Assembly (NCBI RefSeq): GCF_009834535.1
Contig: NC_045707.1
Span: 62,808,001-62,872,000, forward strand
From: Camelus ferus
Taxonomy: Eukaryota
Reading direction: 5' to 3'
DNA: 64,000 bases
Part shown: piece after piece, positions 1-12,615 of the stretch
Numbering within the stretch: position 1 is the stretch's first letter
Layout: each line of letters begins with the position of its first letter
Position numbers and translations under genes: made by a program
The notes under the pieces: generated by a model
Seen by the model: the letters and a program-made list of their open reading frames with translations, nothing else
Told to the model about the DNA's origin: nothing
Databases searched by the model: none

Positions 1-1949
1 CAAGAAAGTGATGCTGAATTGAGTTAGCTTCAGCTGAAAATGTGCACGTTAACCCATGGCCAGAGTGCAGTTGAAACAAAAGCCATTGCTAAAAATAGCT
101 CCTTTTCTCTTTTAATGTCGTTCACCATTTTTAATAAACTAGAGAAAACCTATTCACTGATATTAGTGTCTCTAGTTCATTTTATGACATGATCATTTAT
201 TGGTTTAAGTTTAACATATAACTACATAAATTCATTTTGTCTTAAAACATACCTGTTTTTAAAACAGGTAAATGTATGTATTGATTCTCTTGCTAGAAAC
301 CCTTTATCACTTGAAGCAAAACACCTTTTTTCTCCTCTCACTCCCATAACTTATATGGAACTGTATTAAATGAGGACTATCTAGATTCTTTAATACTCCA
401 CCTGTTAACATCTGCCCAAAGGGGAAAAGGTACAAAAATTCAGAAAGTTAGGATTTTTCTGAGTTAGTGTTCCTTGACAAAAGGAAAATGTGTAAGTGCT
501 CATCAGCATAAAGCGTAGAACAAGGACTTAATTGAAGTCATCGAGAACGCACTTTGTAGAGCTCTCCTTTGGCGTCCCTTGGCTTTTAGACATTGATTAA
601 ATAAGAAGAAACTTTGAAAGGGTTGGAATTTCTGACGCATTTAAAATACTTAAGTTTTAAGGAGAACTGTTTTAGATAAAATCAGAACTCTTGCTGATCC
701 TGGCCCACTTTTAAAGACACATTAAAACCCTAAGCTTTTGTTATTTCTAAAGTAGGTTAAGTGATTTTCTTTTCTTTGTTTTTTTTTTTTTCCTTCCTGC
801 CTGAATGGACCCACATCTAAACACACACATAGGTTTGTGAGGGCATTTCTGGAAAAACGGAAACCAGTTATAAATTTCCTCACTCTTTTTTACTTACAAA
901 ATAGATCTTTACATTTTTTTAATTCTAGGTTTATAAATGTCAAGATTCTAACGATTCAAATAAATATAATAAACAAACACAAGCAAATAAACTAAGTTTA
1001 AAAAAAATAAAAATAAACTAAATTTTTGGATGCTAATCCAATATACACTTGAAATTCTGAGCTGCACAGTTCCTCTGGTATCAATACAGTTTTCTGGAGC
1101 TTACACACTGGTTTGGCTATTGCAATGAGAAACAAGACCATGCTGACCATGGGGAAAAAGGTCATCTTTCTGTTGAACTAAATTTACCTTAAGTTCCATT
1201 GCTTTGTATCACTAGCAATAAGGTTTTAGGTCAACTGCGATAATACTTTTGCTGAGAGCATGCACTTCCCTGTATGAAAGCAGCAACTGGCAGTTGACAC
1301 TGGGATGACTTAGAAGAAGATAAACTTATACACGTATGCAATTCATACAGAGACAGGGAAGGAAACTCTTGATTAGTGGGCTGGTCATGCACATCTTAGG
1401 TGGAATATAACTGTCATGAACATCTATCAGAGTTAAATTTTCCTTTCCTTCCTGATGAGATCCTTCAGCTAGCAGGTGGAATCACCACAACTTTCAGAAA
1501 CAAAGAAAGGAGGCCGGTAACTAAAAGTTGAACTTTCTCAAGTAGAGTATTCGTAGAATAGCATTGTTACAATTGACAACATAAATCAATATAGTGTATT
1601 AGCCATTCACAGTCATTAAAAAAAATGATCATTTCACACTGAGAAGTGTCCAAGGTCCAATAATGCAAAAAGTGTTTTTATTCGTTATAATTGTTATCAA
1701 GGCTAATAAAACTAGCCTTCACCTCTTTCTGTCAAGTAAGATAAGTGTGGAAAGAATTCCTCTGATAGATTTCCAAAAATGTTGCTTACATTAAAACAAC
1801 TTATTCTATTTGATTAAATAAAGTATTAACCAGTTAAATAGAAATGTCTAGGTCATTAGTAAACCAACTTATTTTAGCCTTCAATAAAGTGTTACATGTT
1901 TTTTTCTGCTTAACTTGTAGATTTTCTAAGTATCCAGATATATCCACTT

Positions 1950-2340
1950 GATACATCCCTAGATGTAGGAAATTATGAATAAGACACTCCACTCTTGGAA
2001 AAGTGCAAAAAGATATTAATTGGTACAGACACAATTCACAGAATTGCTGGGAGGGCTGAAGAAATACTCTCTTGGCTGGGCTTCCAAAAATGATACAATA
2101 CTACAGAGGCACAGAGCTTTAAGGAAGCTCGCTGCCATGATCTGGGCCAACAAATTGGATGCCTCAAACATCCCCTTTCTTCCTTCATGACTTAGATACA
2201 AACCAAAGTAGTATATGCGTGCATCTGATTTGTCAAATCCAAATTGCATCTGGAACTCTAGCCACAAGGAAACTGGGAGTAGTAAATATTATATCTCCAG
2301 CCTCTGCATTCTAGTGAAAAAGGATTGGAAAGAGTTTTGA
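1950..2340 (-). mobile_element. Old ERVL-MaLR LTR fragment (MLT1K/L/N-like)
   Basis: Motifs 'gcatctgatttgtcaaatccaaattgcatctggaactctagccacaaggaaactgggag' and 'ctccagcctctgca' resemble antisense old MLT1 LTRs; subfamily uncertain. Confidence 0.55.
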
Positions 2341-2552
2341 GAGAATCAAAATACTTCTTCATTTGTTGTCTTTGGAAACCAAAATGTTTCTGAGTAAGGG
2401 CTAAATGGATTAAGATTTAATCCCTTTGAAGGCAAGTTTGTTTTACTATGGAGCACTATAGTATAGTATGAAATTTCAATTTCTGCATGATTTCTAGCCA
2501 AAATGAATGGATGAATCATCAGAAATCCATAATTATCCAATGAGGGTAAAAA

Positions 2553-2818
2553 ACAGTCCCTGTTTACTGATGGAGAGTCAAGATGGTCCTTTTTATTTAT
2601 CAAAATGTGAAAATGATGTTCATGGTCTCGTTAATTCATTAACTCATCTGAAATTAGTTGTAATCTTACTTTATTTACTTTCAGCACAGTCCCTGTTTAC
2701 TGATGGAGAGTCAAGATGGTCCTTTTTATTTATCAAAATGTGAAAATGATGTTCATGGTCTCATTAATTCATTAACTCATCTGAAATTAGTTGTAATCTT
2801 ACTTTATTTACTTTCAGC
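2553..2818. repeat. Direct tandem duplication, 2 x 133 bp
   Basis: Copy 1 is 2553-2685 and copy 2 is 2686-2818, both starting acagtccctgtttactgatgg; identical except G2630/A2763. Confidence 0.97.
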
Positions 2819-3270
2819 TTTACTGAGGTATAACTGTTAAATAAAAGTACAAGATATTTAAAGTGTACAACATGATGATTTGTTATACGTATATATTGTG
2901 AAAAGATTCCCCCATTGAGGTACTAACATCTCATGTACTTTTTACTTTTTTGGTGAGAATAATCATATTCTACTCTCTTAGAAAATATAAATTATCCAAC
3001 AGAGTGTTAGCAACTGTAGTCACCATGTTTTACATTACATCCTCGGACCTTATTCATCTTATGACAATGTTTGTATCTTTTTACTAACTTCTCCCATTTC
3101 TACTATACCCTGCCTCTGGCAACCACTTTTTGACTCTCTGTTTCTATGAGTTTAACTTTTTTTTTTAAGATTCCACAGATAAGTGATACTGTGCAGTATT
3201 TCCTTTCTCCACCTGACTCTGACGTATTTCATTTAGCACAGTGACCTCCTGGTTCATCCCTGCTGTCCCA
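2805..3270 (-). mobile_element. LINE-1 3' end (L1MA9-like)
   Basis: Typical antisense L1MA 3'UTR: 'cagcttttactgaggtataactg...aaagtgtacaacatgatgattt...gtagtcaccatg...cctctggcaaccac...ctctgtttctatgagtt...agattccacagataagtga'. Confidence 0.85.
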
Positions 3271-5544
3271 TGAGGAGAAAGGATGGTTAGGTTCATTCTT
3301 CATTCACCCATACACAGATGGGATGGCCATCTTGGGTCTGCTTATCATGAGAGGCTCTCTTAGGCTTCATCTCCAGCCTGCCCTATCACAATTCCAGGGC
3401 CTCCACGATTTTAAAACTGCAGATTATGAACAATAGGGTTTGGTGGAAAACTTGTGATCAAATGAGATCTTTGACATCCATATATCCTTCCTCCAAGATC
3501 CCCGTTTTCACAGTGTTTTAGATCTAGGTCTCTATAGTTACCTAGTTTCTTCTCAACTCAGTGATATTTTTAAGTAGTTTTTCTCAGAGAGGATTACTTA
3601 CGCTGTCTATTCTAATATACTGTCAGAAATGTAAATTTCCTTATTTATCTATCAAACTAGTTATGTCCTGCTTTTCCAGGTATGCTTACCCTGGATGAAG
3701 GGCTTTATGGACACATTAGAGCCTGTGAAGACCTGTCATATGAGAAACAAGTTAGTTTCACTTTGTGAAACTTGAGAAGCAAAATGAAAACACTTTTTTC
3801 ACAGATAAAAATGTTTGAACCTCACATACACAATTGAACAGTTATAACCGACATAGATCTTAATGTCAAATCAATATGAGAAAGAACAGTTAAACGTAGA
3901 CTTTCACAAATGGAGGAAGAGAACCCCCCCTCACTGGAAATGTTCCCAGGAGGGCTGGATGGTTATTTTTCCACATAATTAATAAAAAATATATGCTATT
4001 CAAGGGTTGAACAGATGACGTCTAAATTCCCTTGCATTCTAATATTCAATTTTCTTTAAAAAATCCTAAAAATAAAATATCTACTCCACTTTAGTTTCCA
4101 AATGTCTGAAATATTTTCTGCATTATCTTTAATTATTTCAATTTATAAATCAGGCATTTCTTCAATTAAACTGTTTTCAAATGTAATAATCATTTCTAAA
4201 TAAATCTTGATTCAAAAATTCATTTAATCTTGAATTTACTCTAAAAAGCCAAAAAATAAATGGAATTATTTCATCATTTTTGTTATGTCTTTCCAAATGC
4301 TTACATGTTTCAAAAATTATCAATTTAAGGAGTTCTATATTTTTCTGTTTTTTCTTTGTTCTGTCAGAAAAAAAGCATGACTACAGATTTAAAACAAAAA
4401 TATTTTAATTCTATCTTGTTAATACTGAGAGCTTAAAGTTTGATTACATGGAAGAATCAGTATTCATTTTTAATAACAATGTTATCATAAATGTAGCCAA
4501 AAATCATATCAAATTGTAAGCATACATGAAGATGCAGTGTCAGAAAATAGTCCAAATTCACACATTAATTTCTTAATAACCTTGTTGTGTAATTTACACA
4601 ATAATTACCTGTGAAACTGTCACTTTCTGTAGAAGTCAGATACCATTTATTTCTCATAGAACGTTGTTTGCTTGCTTTTTTATGTTTACTGTTTCAGGAA
4701 AATCCACTTCATTCTTCTTGCCATAATGTGGCAAGTCATAAAATAAAAATACTAGAATTGAGTATTGTGTTTCCTGACCAAGAATTCAGCATTGAATAAC
4801 TCTTAGCCTGAACTAACCTATGTCACAAACATATGAAATCCCACACAATGGTATAATCATATAAGTAATCAGATGATGCTCTAGACCATATAAAATGAAT
4901 ATCAATGCAATGTGCACATTGATCACGTGAGGGGGAAAAAAAAAACCCACAACAATATAACATATAACTATTGTATCTGAAATTTGGCCTAAACCTATTA
5001 GCTTGGCTGGAAGAGGAATCAACCCTTTAATTAAAAGGGATTTTTGCTTTAGCTTCTTAGAATTTAGAAGGGTATTCCAGAAGATGATCCTCATATGTTA
5101 AGAAGATTTATAAGGATCTCTGAGTCATGCTTTCTTTTTCCCCATATAAATTTCTCAGTAGTAGGCAGAAACTTCCAAAAATCACTATGCTGACCTTGGA
5201 GGTAGGCTTTAAGTAGTTTATTTACTGCTTCCAGTTTTGTTTTTCCCACTGAAAAGCATTTAAAATGTGAAGTACTACCTTTTACCCATCTTCAGCTAGA
5301 AGGAAGCAGTTTTGTCCATCATCTTCAGGATTTATTCTGTCTCCTGAGAGCTCACAACACTCCCTGATTCAAATGTTTATTTCCCTTTGTCCTTTCATAG
5401 CTTTCAACTTCCCCATCCTGACTTAGCTCTTGGTGTCTTTGAATAAACTAAGAAAAAAAGAAAGGTCGAAATGACTTTTTTCTTAATGTCTTGCTGGTTG
5501 TGAATTGGAGACTTGGTCAAGTTGAAAACTGACGACTATATCTT

Positions 5545-5770
5545 AATAAGAGGTAGCATTTATTGAATGGCCTCTATGCATCAGGAATGATGGTAGCTCT
5601 TAATCTCCAATCCTCACACTGATATTGGCAACAAAATTTTCTTTTAATTTGAGAGAGGAAGAAATCAGGCACAGAGAATTTAAGTAGTTTTCCTGAAATC
5701 ACACACGTAGTGAATGGAAAGCTGGGATTTGAACAAAATCAGTGTGTGTCTAAAACCTGTGTTCTTTTTC
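5545..5770 (-). mobile_element. MIR SINE
   Basis: 'agcatttattgaatg...gaagaaatcaggcacagagaatttaagtag...gctgggatttgaac' matches the antisense MIR core. Confidence 0.75.
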
Positions 5771-5984
5771 CTCCCATATTGATCTTCTAGGAACCTAGAG
5801 AGTTATAAGGAAATTTATTTGGGTTTTACTTTCCAGGAAGGTAGATGGATATGCTTGCTCATTTGTTTTTATGCGATTCCATAAATATTTTAAATGGTTA
5901 TTATGAAGATTGTAGAGAGTATTCAAAATACCTTTTAAGACAATATCATAAATTCAGGATGCTTATAGTCTAGAATGAAGCAAA

Positions 5985-6338
5985 ATGATCAGGCTGCTAT
6001 AATGTATTACCATAAACTGGGTGGCTTATAAACAACAGAAATTTATTTCTCACAGTTCTGGAGACTGGGAAGTCCAAGATCAAGGTGCCAGCATGGTCAG
6101 CATCTGATGAGAGCCCTCTTCCTTGTTCATAGACAGCCATCCTCCCGCTGTGTCCTCACATGGTTGGAAAGAGAGCAAGTGAGCAATCTAGGGTCTCTTT
6201 AATAAGGCACTAATTCCTTTCATGAGGGCTCCACCCAGAGGACGTCATTCCCTCCCAAAGCCCCATCTCTCCCATCACACTGGAGACTGGTCTTTAATGT
6301 AAGAATTTGGGGTGGACACAAACATTCAGTCTATAGTA
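5985..6338 (-). mobile_element. ERVL-MaLR solo LTR (MLT1A0-like)
   Basis: 'ggctgctataa...taccataaactgggtggcttataaacaacagaaatttatttctcacagttctggagactgggaagtccaagatcaaggtgccagca' through 'gacacaaacattcagtctatag'. Confidence 0.9.
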
Positions 6339-7669
6339 GTCAGCTCTGTGCATCCTGATCTGTCTTCTGCATCAGACCCAATGAACGTTCACACACTCAC
6401 ATAAAACCTTTTCAGCTTTTTTTTTCCTATACTATAGCAAACAACCTTGCTAAGGCAGTTTCTGCAGAAGTTTTCAGAGAATTATCAAATAGGTAGGTTT
6501 GGCTTTAGCTGCATTTAAAAAAAAAGTGCTTTGATTTATTTTGCAAAAAAACAGTACAAGGCAGGGTTGGGGGGCTGGATTACTGTTATATGATGCCAAC
6601 CCCTCAGGTTCCCTTTATTCAACCTAAACAGCTTAGGCAAATTCTACTGAGAATGTTTCCTCCTGGGCATACACGTATTGAGTCACAGATACCACTGGAA
6701 TTTCCCCACTGAACTAAAGCCACCAGATAAGCTCCCACACGTTAACCAGTCTCAGTTCAGGGATTTTGCAGTTTAGCGCTGTGTACTCGAGTGCTTCCAA
6801 ATCCATTGTGGGTGTTCCATCCAGCATTTGTATTCAATGATTCGAGCAAAAAGTAAATTAAAAGTGGAAATAAACTCAATATATTCTTTGAGCTCTTTAC
6901 CTCTAACCAAGAGCAAATGTAAAACTGTTGGCAAAGCTGTTAACTGAATCAGGTTTTATGCTGGTTTGTTTGTTTATGGGCCTATCTGTTCCTCATTCAG
7001 CCAGCTAGTTCAAGCAGGAACTGAATCTACATATTTCTTGATGAAACAGGTACAAAAATAATGTAAACTGTTTTTCTGAACCAAACTTAAACCCTACTAA
7101 TATTTCACTGAATCTGAATCCGTGAGAGGAAAGGGGAAGGGGCAATGCTTCAGAGATGGTACTGCAGTGACTTGAAGATACGTCTGTGACACTAAACATC
7201 TCTACAGAATTTCAGCCTCTCGTCCCTCTGGTGCTGTTATGCCTGACTTCCCTTTTGATATAATGCCACATTATTTTCCTTTAACTTATTTTTTCACAAT
7301 CCAGATAACCAAAATGAATTCCCAGGCACACACTCATGCATAAATACATACATATACATTACAACTCCAGTTCCATTACTCTTAAAAAAGGAAAAAGACA
7401 GAAAGGGTTAATTTTTTCACTGCCGACTTTACTAGTATACGTTTCTCACTGTGGTTTTCAAGATCTTTTATAATACAGCCTTAACTTATCTTTCCAGCAT
7501 CATTGCTTAAATTTCCTCTCCATACATCCTAAGTGACCACAAAATAGAAATAATTCACTGTGGCTAAAAGCAACCAATAATCTTCTGTCTCACTGACTTT
7601 ATTAATATGGTTCTTTTACCTATAGTCTCTTTCTACTTTTATGGGAAATTCTTCTGTTAGGACTTTGTT

Positions 7670-7818
7670 AATCCCAGGGTGATCTGTGGATCACTACCTT
7701 TGGTATCAACCGTGAGCTGTAGTTAGAAATTCATCTCATGTCTGCTCCAGATCTATTGAACCAGAATCTATTTTTAATAAGAGCCCAGGTGAGGTGTACG
7801 CACATTAAAACTTGAGCT
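7670..7818. mobile_element. hAT-Charlie MITE (MER5A-like)
   Basis: 'ccagatctattgaaccagaatct...ttttaataagagcccaggtga...gcacattaaaacttgag' resembles MER5A. Confidence 0.65.
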
Positions 7819-8419
7819 ATTTCAAATAATTTTTCTATAGTATCTGCCTGATATTTTCAATGAGTTTCCTTTTTTGATCTTTATATCCATATATTAATTC
7901 ATCATTCCTTAAGTCTGTAAGTACTTATTAAGCAGCTACTGTGTTACAGGCAAAACTGAGGAGAGCAATTTCAAACTGTGGAGATTTCCCACTTATAGAC
8001 ACACTGCTGTGGAAATGAAAGGAGTTGAATGTGTCTGATATTTTTAGAAATAGAAATAGAAATAGAAAGATCACCTCTGTTGCACGTGGAAAAACAATAG
8101 GAAAAAGGAGAAAGATAAGCAGAGACCAAATTATTATATGACTTGATAAGAGTATGATATTTAATATAACCTGAAGCATTTGATGCAAGGCAATAATTGG
8201 TGTTTTTGATATATCATTTTCCTGGGGAGTAAAAAAGAAAATAGATGCTAGAAATAAGGTTAATAGTAAAGAGACTAGCTAGGAGGCAAAGACAATGATT
8301 TACATAAAGATTAGGGATTTGAACTAAAGACCAATGGGGAAGATTCATTCATTCAAGAGGTGTTTGTTGAGATTATTTTTAAATATAGTTAATTGTGACC
8401 AAGACACTCTAGTTAGTAC

Positions 8420-8650
8420 CACTCATTTCTCAATCTTTGCCCTTGCAGACACAAGTTTATTAACTACATCACTTGCTTTCTACGCCACCACAGGAGAAAG
8501 GTTTATCAAATGCTTTCCCACATATGATCACCATTTTTCCAGACTCCTGTAATATTTACCTTGCCACCCACTGCCAGGATCCAAAGTCAATTCCATGTAT
8601 TTTCTATGTGTTTTGTTAGAGCAACACCCAATCCTGGTAGAAATTCTCCA
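8420..8650 (-). mobile_element. ERVL-MaLR internal fragment (MLT1-int-like)
   Basis: 'tccaaagtcaattccatgtatttt...tttgttagagcaacaccccaatcctggtagaaattct' resembles the antisense start of MaLR internal regions. Confidence 0.45.
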
Positions 8651-9099
8651 CGGAGATGAACCATGCATTTCATCAATGTCCCCAACCTGGTCGTGCTCAG
8701 TTCTCTCCAAGCACAGCTCTGCCTTTGCCAGAGCTTCCCAAGTGATGACAGAACAGTTTGTGAACAACCTCCCATCTTTCCTTTTTGGACCAAACCCATA
8801 TACTTATTGCTCTATATCTCTTTGTTATGCTCTTAGCCTCAATAATATTTGTAATAATCATAACTTTTGTGCATGTGTGATTATACCTCTGTTCAACAGT
8901 AAACTTTTTTCACGTTTGCCATCTCTAAAAAGTGACTTCAAGGGTCACTTACCATTGAATATGTCAGATAAATAGACAGCATCATTGTAACTTCTGAGGT
9001 TCACTTCGAACCTTCATAGATGAGTTCACATGTGATTACAAATATTTACTACAGTTATCTATAATTTTTACCAACTTTTATAATGTTCATATTATAATA

Positions 9100-9335
9100 A
9101 TAACAACCATCACTACAACTACTATTTACTGAGTGGTTATTATGTGCCAGGCAGTTTTATTTCCATTTGACTTTATTTTATCATCCTAATACCCCTATGA
9201 GTTAGTTATTATTCAGAAGTTGCAGGTTAGAACAACAAAGGATAAAAAAGATAAATAACTTGTCCATGGTCACAGCTAATGTGACTAGAATTTGAAAACA
9301 GAAAGTCTGATTTCTGAGTCCACTCTTAAGCACTA
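9100..9335 (-). mobile_element. MIR SINE
   Basis: 'atttactgagtggttattatgtgccaggca...aataacttgtccatggtcacagctaat...atttgaa...gtctga'. Confidence 0.8.
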
Positions 9336-9407
9336 AGCAATGTTTCCTCTTTTGAATGTAGAGGCATATCTGATGCTGGAACGAAGGTGTGCAATGTATG
9401 CCCTAAA

Positions 9408-9618
9408 CTGGGGTTTCTCAACAGCAGTTCTGTTGACATTTTGGACCACGTAATTCCTGTGGTGGGAGCTGCCTCTGTATTGTCAGGTGTAGCGCAGTAT
9501 CCCTGCCCGTTACCCACTAGATTCCAGTATCATCTGCAAGTCATGACAATAAAAAATGTCTCCAGATGCTTCCAAATGTGCCCTGAAAGGGCAAAATCAC
9601 CTCTGTTGAGAACCACTG
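9408..9618 (+). mobile_element. MER20 (hAT-Charlie non-autonomous DNA transposon), near full length
   Basis: TIR-like ends ctggggtttctcaac ... gttgagaaccactg; internal 'ttgacattttggacc', 'acccactagat', 'aaaatgtctccaga', 'gggcaaaatcac'. Confidence 0.9.
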
Positions 9619-10975
9619 CTGTATATTTTGAAAAAATGAAACTACACATAAATTCTCATCAGCCACTGACACACCCTCATAATACAATATGGTTAGATGA
9701 TCTTGCTTCATCAAGATAAAGCCGAAATTAAGCACATTTTATTCTAGGCACTCGCTATCTGGTTTTCACATCAGTATGTCTTTTCAGGGACAAAAAGGTA
9801 CTTTTAGAAGTTGTTCTCTGTCAGTCCTTTCACTTAATTTTTCATGATATCCATCAGTTGAGGGGAAAAAAAAAGACCACAATGGGCTAAAGTATCTGAT
9901 GAGAAAAGATGTCTCAAGAAGCCCCCCTTCGCCCAAAGCTATTGCAAATGGGTCGTTATGTGTAAGCTCTCAAGGAATAGCTCTCAGGTAATAATGACTT
10001 TTTTAAAAAAGCGAGTTTCTGATACAAACTCATGAGAATATAACTAGATGCAATTGTTCTTCCTCAGCTCTTCAGAGAGCTCCAGTTTTATACGGAGATC
10101 AATTATGTTAAGAACATTCCGAGGCAACGTGAGAGATGGTTAGTAACGTTTTCCCCCTCAAATCACCAGGACTTGAGAATGGTGACTTCTGCGGTTTCAT
10201 TAGTGTCACACTTAAAACCAAATCTTCCCCTTTTCTTATGTAAGAATGCATCACAGTCCTTATTAGAATCAACTAGCGTTGTCAAAATCATCATGCCACA
10301 TCATCACCTGTTCACACATGGTCATGTGAGGACGAGTGGCATGTGTAGGTACAGATCCTATGGAGAATTAGATGATTTTTCTCTAATAATGATTCTACTT
10401 CACAGGCCCCTTGATAAACTCCCAGGCTTGTGCACTGAAGCTCTATGTTCAGCCAACCGGGAGGAGGCATGTACAGAACAACATTTGTAACTTTCCATTG
10501 GCCATCCTGGCCACCTATCTAAATGGCATGAACACTTGACTGCTGAGAGCAGGTCCCTGTAGCATAGACAGGATGCGATGTGACATTGTACATTTTAATC
10601 TGAATCAACAGGCTAAAGTTATCTGTGGACATTTTCTATTACAGGTGGAAAATTCCTTCTAAGAGTATCCTTACCTCTCACCAATTTATTATGCAAAATC
10701 TGGTCCACTTTTTCGTTGTGCTCTTTTCCGCTCATGGGTTTTTTTTTTAATGATTATTTCATAAGCTGAAAAAATCAGTTTGTCATTTTCATATTGACTG
10801 GTTTCCAAGTGACTATATAAATGACCATTATTATCACTACTTTTTCATGTTTGAATTTGTCAGATCTTTAAAGCTTTTTCTTGCTTTAATAACTTTCTTA
10901 TAGAAAATGAGATTCTAATCATGGTGTCAGGACCATAAAGAATAATGTTTCCTAGATAAACTATCAGTCCTTCTA

Positions 10976-11497
10976 TGTAAGTTACCTGTTGGCTGTATAA
11001 TAAAGTACCCCAAAACTCCATGGCTTATGACAACAACTATTTTATGTTCCTCATGAATCTGGGGTTCGACTCGGTTCTGTTGATCTTGGCTAGGCTCACT
11101 CACACAACTGCAGTCAGCTGATGGGTCAACTGGGAACTGGCTGATCCAGCACGATCTATGCTAAGACAACTCAGCTCAACTCCGCATCGCCCCTCATCCT
11201 CCAGCAGGCCAGCACAGCTTGTTCAGTGTGCTCCTTGGGTAGTATTCCAAGATAGTGAGCAGACATGCTCAAGGTCTCTTGAGGACTAGGCTGGAAAAAT
11301 GGCATATCCCTTCTGTTTCATTCTGCTGGCCAAAGCAAGTCACAAAGCCAGTCCAGACTTAAGAGGAGGGGAAGCAGCCTCCACCCCTTGATTAGAGGAG
11401 CTACAAAGTCAGTACAAGGGGCAGACCTAAGAAGTAATGACTGTGGGTGGTGGTGGTTTTGTTTGTTTGTTTGTTTTGTTTTTTGCAATCTACCACA
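10976..11497 (-). mobile_element. ERVL-MaLR solo LTR (MLT1F/G/H-like)
   Basis: 'ccccaaaact...tggctta', 'ggctcactcac...ctgcagtcagctg', 'ctcatcctccagcaggccagc', 'ttctgctggccaaagcaagtcacaaagccagtccaga', ending 'ttttgcaatctaccaca'. Confidence 0.85.
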
Positions 11498-12384
11498 CCT
11501 CCAGTAGTGACAATTTTGAAATTTGGAATGTCAGCATTGAGTCTTCTGTATGTGCAACACTGTTGTCAAAATACAGTCAGAACAGACTGATTCTGTCCAG
11601 CAATTTTAAAACTCACCGTGAAGTGGATTACACTGACCAGTTTACAGATGTAATATAAGAAATGGCCCTTTCTAAGGATGGGTTGAGAATTTTATGATTT
11701 ATACTAAAACGCTTTCTTTATTAATAGACATTACAGAACAGACACAGTGACAGAGAGAAAAAATTGAGTAGTGCCTTTAACGTTTAGGCTTAACTTTGTC
11801 AACAGCACCCTATGGATTAGTATTTTCTCAAGTCAGTGGGATCTCTGCGCGGAGATGGCATGGGAAGCTGATGAAAATGAGGCAGAATGTTCTGATCTTT
11901 AATGTGGGGAAAATTTTGATGTGCACACATTCTACTTCAATACAGAAATCCCATGCAGATGTAGTATTCCAAGCAGAACTAAGACTCACCATAATGCTGC
12001 CTAGTAATATTACTTCTAAAAAGCTGTCGTAATGCTTAGCTGGGTTTCAGTCGTCTTGTTGCTCATGAATGTTCAAATTGCAGGGAAAACATATTCGGAA
12101 TAATTACCTGTTTTAAGCCACAAGAAAGATATTTTCTTTTGTTCCTACTTATTGTAGAATATGTGGAGGTTTAAGTGGAACAACCAAAATTTAGGAAGGA
12201 GAAGAAAAACTCACCCATGTGGTAAAAGTGAATTTACGTATAAACTACATTAAAGGTACACACATTTTTCTGACCTAGTCGAAGGTGGTAGACCCCTTCA
12301 ATCGTTCGGGAGACCATCTGTTTGCATTGGCAGGTGCCGGGACTTCTGATGGCATATGCGGGTTGCTGTGAGATAAGGGCAGCA

Positions 12385-12615
12385 ATAAAAATATTTATGT
12401 GTGTGTATCACTTTGCAAGGTGCGTTCACATAACGTGGGATCATGTTATTTTCCCTAAAATCTATAAGGAATTCAGGGCATCATGCTTACGCATTTTACA
12501 TGGGAACATTAAGGCCCAGGGAGATGGGCGGCTTGTCAAATGTCATGCTGCTTGTGCATAGAAGGACAGGGAAGAAATGTGTGTTCTCTGATGTCCAGGG
12601 CTCTTCTCATACACC
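12385..12615 (-). mobile_element. MIR-family SINE (degenerate)
   Basis: 'cattttacatgggaacattaaggcccagggagatgggcggcttgtcaaatgtca' is a degenerate MIR core. Confidence 0.6.

Noticed and set aside
2553..2818. CRISPR array or satellite
   Set aside because: Only two abutting copies with no spacers, in a mammalian context.
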